64,000 nt of DNA from a virus (lineage: Duplodnaviria; Caudoviricetes), in IMG/VR virus record IMGVR_UViG_3300020432_000004; one strand, given 5' to 3'. A model generated the notes under the pieces. That model saw nothing but the letters and a program-made list of their open reading frames with translations. It was not told where the DNA came from and ran no database searches. Positions 49,102 to 57,720 of the stretch are shown piece by piece (the first letter of the stretch is position 1; the number at the start of each line of letters is the position of its first letter). Position numbers and translations under genes: made by a program.

Positions 49102-50499
49102 ATGTCACTACAATCACTCCAAGAAAAGTGGGCACCCGTTCTAAATCACGAAGCTCTTCCAGGCATCGAGGATACTTACAAGAAAGGCGTAGTCGCACAA
49201 CTTCTTGAGAACCAAGAAATAGCATTAAAAGAAGAGGGTAACGTTCTTAACGAAACTCTTCAGACAGTTGGAACAGGTGGATTCGGTGCAGGTGCAACTG
49301 CAACAGGTCCAGTCGCAGGTTTCGACCCAGTATTAATTTCATTGATCAGAAGATCAATGCCTATGTTGATCGCTTACGATATCGCAGGTGTTCAACCAAT
49401 GACAGGTCCTACAGGACTTATCTTTGCAATGAGAACTGCTTACGGAGATGAGAGAAGTCCTGCTTCCTCAGACTTCAGAGAAGCATTCTTCAATGAGCCT
49501 AACGCAGGTTTCTCTGGTGCAGGTGGAACAGGTCTATCAAACTATGACCCAACAGCATCAGGTTCTGCAGTTAACGACGCTGAAGGAGCAAATCCAGGTG
49601 TTCTTAATGACTCATCACCAGGTACCTACGAGGTAACAGGCGATGCAACAGGCATGAACACAACTACTGCTGAAGCATTAGATGACTCAAGTGCATCTAC
49701 AGCATTCAGAGAGATGGGTTTCTCAATCGAGAAAGTAACTGTTACAGCGAAATCTCGTGCTTTGAAAGCTGAGTACAGTATTGAGCTTGCTCAAGACTTG
49801 AAAGCAATTCATGGTCTAGATGCCGAGCAAGAGTTAAGCAACATTCTCTCAACAGAGATCCTTGCTGAAATCAACAGAGAAGTTGTTAGAACTATCTACA
49901 CTAACGCTGTTGCAGGTGCTCAAAACAATACTGCTAACGCAGGTATCTTCGACCTTGACGTTGACTCAAATGGAAGATGGTCAGTTGAGAAGTTCAAAGG
50001 ACTTCTATTCCAGATCGAACGAGATGCTAACGCTATCGGTCAGCAAACTCGTCGCGGGAAGGGCAACATCCTAATCTGTTCTGCAGATGTGGCTTCTGCT
50101 CTTGGTATGGCAGGTGTTCTAGATTACGCTCCTGCTCTTAATGGTAACAACGCATTAACAGGTGTAGACGATACTTCCTCTACTCTAGTTGGAACATTAA
50201 ACGGACGCATTAAGGTCTATGTTGATCCTTACTCTGCTAACGTTGCTGACAAGCACTTCTATGTTTCTGGATACAAAGGTACTTCACCTTATGACGCAGG
50301 ATTATTCTACTGCCCATACGTTCCATTACAGCAAGTCAGAGCAATCAACCCAAATACCTTCCAGCCCAAGATTGGCTTTAAGACAAGATACGGTATGGTT
50401 TCTAACCCATTCGCACAAGGTCTTACACAAGGTAGTGGTGCTCTTACAGCGAACACAAACAAGTACTACAGAAGAGTACAAGTTGCAAACATCATGTAA
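49102..50499 (+). CDS. g23: Major capsid protein gp23
   Basis: GVQPMTGPTGLIFAMR, KSRALKAEYSIELAQDLKAIHGLDAE, FQPKIGFKTRYG. Confidence 0.99.
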   Translation: MSLQSLQEKWAPVLNHEALPGIEDTYKKGVVAQLLENQEIALKEEGNVLNETLQTVGTGGFGAGATATGPVAGFDPVLISLIRRSMPMLIAYDIAGVQPMTGPTGLIFAMRTAYGDERSPASSDFREAFFNEPNAGFSGAGGTGLSNYDPTASGSAVNDAEGANPGVLNDSSPGTYEVTGDATGMNTTTAEALDDSSASTAFREMGFSIEKVTVTAKSRALKAEYSIELAQDLKAIHGLDAEQELSNILSTEILAEINREVVRTIYTNAVAGAQNNTANAGIFDLDVDSNGRWSVEKFKGLLFQIERDANAIGQQTRRGKGNILICSADVASALGMAGVLDYAPALNGNNALTGVDDTSSTLVGTLNGRIKVYVDPYSANVADKHFYVSGYKGTSPYDAGLFYCPYVPLQQVRAINPNTFQPKIGFKTRYGMVSNPFAQGLTQGSGALTANTNKYYRRVQVANIM

Positions 50500-50517
50500 T
50501 TCAAATTACATATTTCC

Positions 50518-50542
50518 AAAGAGACCTTCGGGTCTCTTTTTT
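50518..50542 (+). terminator. Rho-independent terminator with cUUCGg tetraloop
   Basis: AAAGAGACC-TTCG-GGTCTCTTT followed by a T-run after g23. Confidence 0.92.
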
Positions 50543-50548
50543 ATTGTT

Positions 50549-50556
50549 CATAAATA
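50549..50556 (+). promoter_or_regulatory. Late promoter (CATAAATA)
   Basis: Between the terminator and g3. Confidence 0.7.
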
Positions 50557-50569
50557 ATTAAAAAGTTTA

Positions 50570-51118
50570 ATGGCAAACTGGTATAAAGAACAGCTTACGA
50601 ACAAGAACTTTTTGTCTCCAATAGGATTTGTATTTCTATTAGATAAGGCAAGGAAGACTTCTTTCCTATGTCAGAAAGCAAACCTACCTACAATGGTATT
50701 AGGTGATGTCAATATTCCTACAGCAGGTTTCGTTCCTATTCCTGTAGAAGGTAATATACAGTATCAAGATTTAAGTATTGAGTTTATAGTTGACGAAGAT
50801 TTAAGAAATTATATGGAACTCCATAACTGGATGAGAGCATTAGGAACACCTCAAAGTCGTGGAGAAAGAAATCAATGGCAAGTACAATGGGAAGATCATC
50901 CTACAGAAGATGGTAGATTCTCAGATGCTACTCTACAGGTATTGAACAATAACAACCTTGCTAATTTTGATATAGTATTTAAGTCACTATTTCCTACATC
51001 ATTAAGTTCTCTACCATTTGATGTCACATCTGGTGACAATAACTACCTAACTGCTACCGCAACATTTAGATACATATTATATGAAATCAGAAATGTCAAC
51101 ACCACCGACAGACGTTGA
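50570..51118 (+). CDS. g3: Tail completion / tube terminator gp3
   Basis: NFLSPIGF, FIVDEDLRNYMELHNW, FSDATL, FPTSLSSLPFD. Confidence 0.92.
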   Translation: MANWYKEQLTNKNFLSPIGFVFLLDKARKTSFLCQKANLPTMVLGDVNIPTAGFVPIPVEGNIQYQDLSIEFIVDEDLRNYMELHNWMRALGTPQSRGERNQWQVQWEDHPTEDGRFSDATLQVLNNNNLANFDIVFKSLFPTSLSSLPFDVTSGDNNYLTATATFRYILYEIRNVNTTDRR

Positions 51119-51537
51119 TGCCCAAAATAAAGTTTGAAAAAACATTGCTTATCGGATCAGGTAAAATTACTTGGTATCAGAAGGCAGAAAGGTGGGTAAG
51201 AAGAAAATTTAAGAATCCTTTTACGCAGCATCTCCTATTAGGTATTATCAAATACTTGCAAACGCAATGGATTAATGCTAAGATATATAATACTATGAAG
51301 GATGTCGATGCAGACATTGAAAAAATCCAATCCCAATGGGAAGAAAATGACCAACAAACAAGACACAACATCGTGGAGACAGGAGTATTTGGAGATGAAA
51401 ACTGGTCTATCCAAATTACAAACCCAGTTGTTGAAAGAGGGTCCGAAGCAACTAGCACAGGCATGGTTACTGGGAGCGATGCATCAGGACTACGACAGGA
51501 TGAAGGGGATCAAGAGGAATTACCCGAAAGAAAATAA
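51115..51537 (+). CDS. Hypothetical protein (3' half overlaps another ORF)
   Basis: Start overlaps the g3 stop; no recognisable motif. Confidence 0.5.
   Translation: MMPKIKFEKTLLIGSGKITWYQKAERWVRRKFKNPFTQHLLLGIIKYLQTQWINAKIYNTMKDVDADIEKIQSQWEENDQQTRHNIVETGVFGDENWSIQITNPVVERGSEATSTGMVTGSDASGLRQDEGDQEELPERK
51256..51284 (+). promoter_or_regulatory. sigma70-like promoter TTGCAA-N17-TAAGAT (extended TGn)
   Basis: 17-bp spacer; upstream of the 51347 ORF, uvsY and uvsW. Confidence 0.55.
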
Positions 51538-51598
51538 AGGACAAATGCAATCCTCATTGAAGGAATATCTACAAAGTCAAAAAGATCAAGGCATTTAA
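51347..51598 (+). CDS. Hypothetical protein (WRQEYLEMK...GPKQLAQAW..GAMHQDY)
   Basis: Ends 2 nt before uvsY; downstream of the internal promoter; alternative start at 51302. Confidence 0.7.
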   Translation: MTNKQDTTSWRQEYLEMKTGLSKLQTQLLKEGPKQLAQAWLLGAMHQDYDRMKGIKRNYPKENKGQMQSSLKEYLQSQKDQGI

Positions 51599-51600
51599 TT

Positions 51601-52029
51601 ATGAATCTAGAGGCATTACAGGAACAGTGGAAATCTGATTCTGTTATTGATCCTGAGAAATATGGTGAGGAGTCTACTAGGATTCCTCAACTTCACTTGC
51701 GGTACATGGAAATATACAACACGTATGCCTTGATGAAGAAAGAAAGACAGAGTGAATATAGAAAGATGGTAAGGGAAAAATGGATATACTATAAAGGTAA
51801 AGCACCTGCACAAAAATATAAAGAACTTCCTTTTGACTTTAAACTTATGACTAAGGAGGAAGTCAATATGTTCATCGAGTCTGACGATGACATACAAAAA
51901 TTACAATTAAAAATAGACTATATAGATCAAGTGCTCTTCTTTTTAGATGGTGTCTTGAAGCAAATTGGAAGTCGTAACTTTCAAATCAAAAATGCTATTG
52001 AGTGGGAGAGGTTTCAAAGTGGCATGTGA
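51601..52029 (+). CDS. uvsY: Recombination mediator UvsY
   Basis: W..DSVID...ES.RIPQLH, YYKGKA, RNFQIKNAIEW; upstream of uvsW. Confidence 0.92.
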   Translation: MNLEALQEQWKSDSVIDPEKYGEESTRIPQLHLRYMEIYNTYALMKKERQSEYRKMVREKWIYYKGKAPAQKYKELPFDFKLMTKEEVNMFIESDDDIQKLQLKIDYIDQVLFFLDGVLKQIGSRNFQIKNAIEWERFQSGM

Positions 52030-52032
52030 TCT

Positions 52033-53487
52033 ATGGATCTTACAATCCGAAAGAAGAATGAAGTATATTTAAAAGTTGACGCTGAACCATCTACCCATCA
52101 AGAACTAGCAGATTTTTTTACCTTTGAGGTTGACAATGCAAAGTATATGCAGAAGAACCGAAGGTATAAAGGTTGGGATGGGAAAGTAAGATTATATTCT
52201 CCTGCTACTGGGGAGATATACTGCGGTCTATATTCATATCTAATAGATTGGTGTCAGAAAAAGAAGTATTCATATCATACTGAAAAGCACGAACATTTTG
52301 GTCTCCCTTTGGAAGAGAACGATCTAATAACTCCTGAGGCTGTAACTGGCTTCGTTCGGGCACTTTCTCTTCCTGTAAAAGTACGCGATTACCAACTGAA
52401 AGCAATATACGAATGCCTGAGATACAACAGACGAGTCCTATTGTCGCCAACTGCCAGTGGGAAATCCTTGATGATCTATTCATTGGTTAGGTTTCATGTA
52501 AATGTTGATCGTCCAGTTCTTATTGTAGTTCCTACTACTTCTCTTGTAGAACAAATGTATAAAGACTTTGAGGAGTATGGATGGAAAGCATCAGCATACT
52601 GTCATAAGATATACGGTGGAGAAGAAAAATATACAGATAAACCAGTTGTAATTACTACTTGGCAATCCATATACAAGGAACCACGTAAATGGTTTGAACG
52701 CTTTGATGTTATTATAGGCGATGAAGCACATTTATTCAAGGCTAAATCTCTAACAAGATTAATGTCTAAGTTACATGACTGTAAGTATAGGTATGGTTTT
52801 ACTGGGACACTGGATGGAACTAACGTAAATCAATTAGTATTAGAAGGTGTTTTTGGTAAATGTTCTAAAGTAACTAAGACTGAAACACTGATGAAGAAAG
52901 GACATCTTGCTCAGTTAAAAATAAAAATTTTATTGTTGAAACATGAAGAGAAACTATTTGAAGGATATCAAGATGAGATAGAGTACCTGACCGAACATGA
53001 AAACCGTAATAAATTTATCCGAAATCTAGCGTGTGACCTAGAAGGTAATACACTAGTGCTCTTTAATTACGTAGAAAAACATGGTCTACCTTTACATGAA
53101 TTGATAAATAGCTATACAGATAAGTCTGTATACTTAGTTCATGGTGGTGTTGAGACAGAAGATAGAGAAGAGATTAGATGGTTGACTGAAAGGTCTAGCA
53201 ATTCTATTATCGTTGCATCGTTAGGAACATTCTCTACTGGTATCAATATCAAAAACCTACACAATGTTATTTTTGCATCACCTTCTAAATCAAGAATACG
53301 TAACCTTCAGTCGATAGGTCGTGTATTGAGGAAGGGAGAGAATAAATCGAAAGCAACTCTTTATGATATAGCTGATGACATTTCTACGGATACAGGAAAG
53401 AACTATACTCTCCGACATCTATATGAAAGGATCAAAATATATAATGAAGAGAACTTTAATTATGAAGTTGTAGAAATTACTATCTAA
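52033..53487 (+). CDS. uvsW: RNA-DNA/DNA helicase UvsW
   Basis: SPTASGKS, GDEAH, GFTGT, LQSIGRVLR. Confidence 0.96.
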   Translation: MDLTIRKKNEVYLKVDAEPSTHQELADFFTFEVDNAKYMQKNRRYKGWDGKVRLYSPATGEIYCGLYSYLIDWCQKKKYSYHTEKHEHFGLPLEENDLITPEAVTGFVRALSLPVKVRDYQLKAIYECLRYNRRVLLSPTASGKSLMIYSLVRFHVNVDRPVLIVVPTTSLVEQMYKDFEEYGWKASAYCHKIYGGEEKYTDKPVVITTWQSIYKEPRKWFERFDVIIGDEAHLFKAKSLTRLMSKLHDCKYRYGFTGTLDGTNVNQLVLEGVFGKCSKVTKTETLMKKGHLAQLKIKILLLKHEEKLFEGYQDEIEYLTEHENRNKFIRNLACDLEGNTLVLFNYVEKHGLPLHELINSYTDKSVYLVHGGVETEDREEIRWLTERSSNSIIVASLGTFSTGINIKNLHNVIFASPSKSRIRNLQSIGRVLRKGENKSKATLYDIADDISTDTGKNYTLRHLYERIKIYNEENFNYEVVEITI

Positions 53488-53488
53488 C

Positions 53489-53932
53489 ATGGCAATCAAT
53501 TACGCAAAGCATGAAGAGGAGTTCTACGGAGTTTTCAAACTCGTGAGTGGAGAGGAAGTACTTGGTCGAGCAGTTTTAACAGAAGATCAAGGAGAGTCTC
53601 TAGTTTTTATTCAAGAACCAGTTTGTATACAATTCATAGACAAAGAAATAAATGAAAAGAAACTAGCACGTGCTATTGGGTTTTCCAAATGGCAACAGTT
53701 ATCTGATGAAGATTTTTATATTATAAGAGAGAAAGATATTATTACTGTTTCATCTATGAATAAAGAAGTTATTTTCATGTATGAAGCATACGTCCACGGT
53801 GCCGACGGTTTTGGGAAACCTAGACCACAAATGAAAACAGACCTCAGTAAAACTTCTGGTTACGTAGGTAGGATTGATGAGGCAAGAAAGAAGTTTGAAA
53901 AGATCTTTAAAGACTCTACAGAATCCCCTTGA
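53489..53932 (+). CDS. Conserved hypothetical protein (Sm-like N-terminus)
   Basis: FKLVSGEEV motif; lies between uvsW and g55. Confidence 0.75.
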   Translation: MAINYAKHEEEFYGVFKLVSGEEVLGRAVLTEDQGESLVFIQEPVCIQFIDKEINEKKLARAIGFSKWQQLSDEDFYIIREKDIITVSSMNKEVIFMYEAYVHGADGFGKPRPQMKTDLSKTSGYVGRIDEARKKFEKIFKDSTESP

Positions 53933-53946
53933 ACCCTTACATGGTT

Positions 53947-53975
53947 ATTGTAGTGGTATTTGACACCTTTGTCAA
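53947..53975 (-). promoter_or_regulatory. Divergent sigma70 promoter TTGACA-N17-TACAAT (antisense)
   Basis: The palindrome TTGACA-cctt-TGTCAA supplies a minus-strand -35 box, with TACAAT exactly 17 bp away. Confidence 0.6.
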
Positions 53976-53988
53976 GCCCTGCTATAAT
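53960..53988 (+). promoter_or_regulatory. Consensus sigma70 promoter TTGACA-N17-TATAAT for g55-g47-g46
   Basis: Exact consensus boxes; GGAGG RBS before ATG 54012. Confidence 0.9.
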
Positions 53989-54011
53989 AAATCTATTGTC
54001 GGAGGACAAAT

Positions 54012-54485
54012 ATGAGGAAGGCGAATCCCAAAAAGAAGCAGCACTACGTTGATAACGCTGAGTTTTTAAACCAGATTATCAAATATAAAAGAAAAGTCAA
54101 GGAAGCGGAAGAATCTGGCAAAGCCAAACCCCGCGTGAACAATTATATAGGAGGGTGTTTTTTAAAGATAGCTACCCACCTATCGTACAGACCGAACTTC
54201 ATCAACTACATGTATAAAGATGACATGGTATGTGATGGGATAGAGAACTGTATCCAATACATTGATAACTTTGATCCAGAAAAATCTAGAAATCCTTTTG
54301 CCTATTTTACACAGATAGTTTACTATGCCTTCCTTCGTAGAATTGCCAAAGAGAAAAGACAGATGGATATAAAGGAAAAGATATTAGAGAAGTCTGGTTA
54401 CGAACATGTATTCTCAGTTGACGGAGAAGCAAGTGCAGACTATAATCAAATTAAGTCTCGTGTGGAGATGAATACTAAACGATGA
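54012..54485 (+). CDS. g55: Late sigma factor gp55
   Basis: HYVDNAEF, LSYRPNFINY, NPFAYFTQI..AFLRRI.KEK. Confidence 0.96.
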   Translation: MRKANPKKKQHYVDNAEFLNQIIKYKRKVKEAEESGKAKPRVNNYIGGCFLKIATHLSYRPNFINYMYKDDMVCDGIENCIQYIDNFDPEKSRNPFAYFTQIVYYAFLRRIAKEKRQMDIKEKILEKSGYEHVFSVDGEASADYNQIKSRVEMNTKR

Positions 54486-55516
54486 AGATATTATTAATAA
54501 CTGATCAACACTTTGGTGTTCGTAATGACAACGTGTACTTTATAGAACATTATAAAAAATTCTATGGTCAAATAGTCATACCATTTATAGAAAAACTTGG
54601 TATCAAAGAGATTATTAATCTAGGTGACACGTTTGATAAACGTAGATCAATAAACTATATGTCTCTTGATGAAGCAAAGTCAATGTGGTTTGATCCTATT
54701 ACAGAACTAGGATGTCATATGACTAGTCTAGTAGGTAACCATGACATATATTATAAGAATACACTTAGGATAAATGCTCCAACAGAACTATTAGGAGAGT
54801 ACGAAAACTTTGATACAGTAGATAAACCAACTACTCTTAACTATGATGGGTTAGATATCCTTATGCTACCTTGGATATGTGAAGATAACTATGATAAAAC
54901 TCTTAGAGTAATTACTGAGAGTGAAGCACCTGTGTGTATGGGTCATCTAGAACTCAATGGTTTTGAAGCACATCCTGGTCATGTAATGCAGACAGGAACT
55001 GACATGTATATATTCCAGAAATTTAAAAAGGTATTTTCTGGACACTATCATACTAAATCTAATATGGATAATTGTTATTATCTTGGCAACCCTTACCAAT
55101 TATACTGGAGTGATTATGGAGCAAGAAGAGGATTCCATGTCTTCGACACAGAAACTTTACGAACTACTTTTTACAGAAATCCCTTTGACACTTTTCATAA
55201 GTTGTATTATAATAATAAATTGGAGCCATTGGATGAGAAAAGTCTGGAAGGAACATTCGTCAAACTCATAGTAGAAGACAAAGGTGACTATGCTAGATTC
55301 GATTACAATGTGCGAAAACTTCAAGATATAGGTCTTGCAGATCTTAAAATTGTAGAAGACCTTAGTGTCAATCTTGAGGAAGGTGATGCTACCATAGAAA
55401 CTGAAGACACTTTAACTTTACTTGATAACTACATAGATGAAATAGATATCAAAGTAAATAAAGATAATGTCAAATCAGTTATGAGATCACTTTACATGGA
55501 GGCAGCAGAACTATAG
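54482..55516 (+). CDS. g47: Recombination endonuclease subunit gp47 (Mre11/SbcD-like)
   Basis: ITDQHFG, LGDTFD, GNHD, SGHYH. Confidence 0.96.
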   Translation: MKILLITDQHFGVRNDNVYFIEHYKKFYGQIVIPFIEKLGIKEIINLGDTFDKRRSINYMSLDEAKSMWFDPITELGCHMTSLVGNHDIYYKNTLRINAPTELLGEYENFDTVDKPTTLNYDGLDILMLPWICEDNYDKTLRVITESEAPVCMGHLELNGFEAHPGHVMQTGTDMYIFQKFKKVFSGHYHTKSNMDNCYYLGNPYQLYWSDYGARRGFHVFDTETLRTTFYRNPFDTFHKLYYNNKLEPLDEKSLEGTFVKLIVEDKGDYARFDYNVRKLQDIGLADLKIVEDLSVNLEEGDATIETEDTLTLLDNYIDEIDIKVNKDNVKSVMRSLYMEAAEL

Positions 55517-55767
55517 TGTTCGTATTGACAACTGGAAAAAAAGGTGGTGTATGGTCTGTTATGAATGACAAGAACAAAAAGACTGTACATTGTTTTGAAG
55601 AAAGAGAAGATGCTGAAAGGTATCTCTATCTTCTTGAAGCAGATGACGTTACAGACTTAACAGTCATGGAAGTTGATCCAGATATAGTTGCCCTAAACTG
55701 TGACAATTTTGGTTATAATTATACTATTGTCACTCCAGATGATTTTATAGTTCCCCCTAAAAAATGA
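55516..55767 (+). CDS. DUF3110-like protein
   Basis: FEEREDAERY..LLEA motif; GTG start coupled to the g47 stop. Confidence 0.7.
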   Translation: MFVLTTGKKGGVWSVMNDKNKKTVHCFEEREDAERYLYLLEADDVTDLTVMEVDPDIVALNCDNFGYNYTIVTPDDFIVPPKK

Positions 55768-57485
55768 TTACATTTGAAACTTTGAAGTGGAAGAACTTTC
55801 TTTCCACAGGTGATCAGTGGATTGAGATGAACCTCAATACAACTACATCTACATTAATCGTAGGTGCAAATGGTGCAGGTAAATCTACTATGTTAGATGC
55901 ATTGACATTTGCTTTGTTTAACAAACCGTTTAGGAAAATTTCTAAAGGTCAACTGGTAAATAGTATCAACGAAAAAGGAACTAAAGTCGAACTGACATTT
56001 ACTATAGGGAGGGATGAGTACCGTGTATTCAGAGGAATTAAACCTACTACGTTCGAGGTTTATAGGAACAATAAGTCACTTGATCAGGATGCTGCAACTA
56101 AAGACATGCAGAAATACCTCGAACAAAGCATTCTCAAACTCAACTTCAAGTCCTTTACACAAGTCGTCATCTTGGGTTCATCCACATTTGTCCCCTTCAT
56201 GCAACTCAAAGCACCTCACAGGAGAGAAGTTATCGAAGATCTACTCGACATCCAGATCTTCTCACAAATGAATCAACTCCTTAAGGATAGAGTTCGTGCT
56301 GCTAATATAAAAGATAAAGACTGCACACATATGGTAATGTTGGCAGAAGAGAAAGTAACATCACAAGAGAAGTTAATAGACTCATTGAAAGAAGTTAATG
56401 ATGAATTAAAAGAAACTCAACTAAAAAAATTAAATACAAAGAACCTCCAGATCTTAGATATATGCAAGGACAAAGAGGAGATTGAAAAACAATTAGAAAC
56501 ATCAAAGGACGTATTAAAAGACTTTGATAGTCATAAGAAATCACTACAAGAGTTAAGGTCTACTGAATCTGATATCAAATCAGAACTAAGGAGAGTCACT
56601 AAAGAAACAAAATTCTTTAAGAACAATGATACATGCCCTACATGTACTCAGGTTATCAATCCAGATTTTAAAAAGGATAAGGTAGATATTCTAACAAAGG
56701 ATGGTGTATCTCTTACAAAGAAAACAAACGAATTTAAAGAACAGATTTCTACTCTTGTAGAAACTATACAGGAACTAGAAACTATATCTGAAGAGGTATA
56801 TCAACTTCGTAGTCAGGTATCATCTTATGATAGAGACATTATTCGTTTAGAAAAAGATGTACTTACTATTGAAAAGGAATTAGATAAGTTAGCACATGAT
56901 ACTCCTAACATTGATAAGGAGAATCATATACTAAAGTCTCTTGAATCAGATCTAGAAGATGTCAGAGACAAGTGTGGTAAGGTATCAGAAGAACTAGATG
57001 AGTTCAAAGTCGTTGCTAATTTACTGAGAGACTCTGGTATCAAAGCAAAAATTATTAGAAAGTATGTGCCTGTATTCAATACATTGATTAATAAATATCT
57101 GCACAGTATGGATACCTACTTTAACTTTACTCTTGATGAAGAGTTTAATGAAGTTATTAAGAGTAGGTTTAGAGATGAGTTTAGTTACTCATCATTCTCA
57201 GAAGGTGAGAAACAAAAGATTGACTTAGCACTTCTCTTTACTTGGAGAGAGGTAGCACGTATGAAGAACTCAGCAGCAACTAATCTGTTGATTCTTGATG
57301 AAGTATTTGATAGTTCTCTTGATGCTGCTGCAACAAATGATCTAATCAGTATACTTTTAAAACTAGGTGCTGACACAAATTTATTTGTGATATCACATAA
57401 AGGTGAAATTCTTATGGATAAATTCAAACGAACTTTATCCTTTGAAAAGATAAATGATTTTAGTAAAATGGTGGATGATGCTTAA
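55764..57485 (+). CDS. g46: Recombination ATPase subunit gp46 (Rad50/SbcC-like)
   Basis: GANGAGKST, CPTC zinc hook, FSEGEKQKIDL, LILDEVFD. Confidence 0.97.
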   Translation: MITFETLKWKNFLSTGDQWIEMNLNTTTSTLIVGANGAGKSTMLDALTFALFNKPFRKISKGQLVNSINEKGTKVELTFTIGRDEYRVFRGIKPTTFEVYRNNKSLDQDAATKDMQKYLEQSILKLNFKSFTQVVILGSSTFVPFMQLKAPHRREVIEDLLDIQIFSQMNQLLKDRVRAANIKDKDCTHMVMLAEEKVTSQEKLIDSLKEVNDELKETQLKKLNTKNLQILDICKDKEEIEKQLETSKDVLKDFDSHKKSLQELRSTESDIKSELRRVTKETKFFKNNDTCPTCTQVINPDFKKDKVDILTKDGVSLTKKTNEFKEQISTLVETIQELETISEEVYQLRSQVSSYDRDIIRLEKDVLTIEKELDKLAHDTPNIDKENHILKSLESDLEDVRDKCGKVSEELDEFKVVANLLRDSGIKAKIIRKYVPVFNTLINKYLHSMDTYFNFTLDEEFNEVIKSRFRDEFSYSSFSEGEKQKIDLALLFTWREVARMKNSAATNLLILDEVFDSSLDAAATNDLISILLKLGADTNLFVISHKGEILMDKFKRTLSFEKINDFSKMVDDA

Positions 57486-57720
57486 AGTTTGGAAAATATG
57501 GAAGTACTCATTAGGATCTTTTAATGATGAAACAACGAAGGAATATGATAATGCTGTGGTCGTTGTTCGATCTGTTATCTGTGCTTGTTATCTCATTACT
57601 AATTGTTTTATTGTATCAGGGGTGATACGACATTGGAATGCCAATCAGAAAAGTGGCACACAAGTGGTCGCACCTGTTGACAGTTCCGCTATAATAAAGA
57701 CATCTAAGGAACAGCAATGA
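57478..57720 (+). CDS. Small membrane hypothetical protein
   Basis: WKIWKYSLGSF...TNCFIVSGVIRHW with one hydrophobic segment; overlaps the g46 stop. Confidence 0.65.
   Translation: MLKVWKIWKYSLGSFNDETTKEYDNAVVVVRSVICACYLITNCFIVSGVIRHWNANQKSGTQVVAPVDSSAIIKTSKEQQ
57639..57695 (+). promoter_or_regulatory. Cyanomyophage early-type promoter: inverted repeat TGCCA-N10-TGGCA plus TATAAT
   Basis: Palindrome at 57639-57658 and -10 box at 57690-57695; same layout as 61544-61602. Confidence 0.6.

Noticed and set aside
40634-57485. Introns, inteins or homing endonucleases in g17, g20, g23, uvsW or g46
   Set aside because: The ORFs are continuous and of normal length, and I saw no splicing or HNH/GIY-YIG/LAGLIDADG motifs.
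57677-57695. TTGACA as the -35 box of the CobT-like gene promoter
   Set aside because: It is only 7 bp from TATAAT, which is incompatible with sigma70 spacing.
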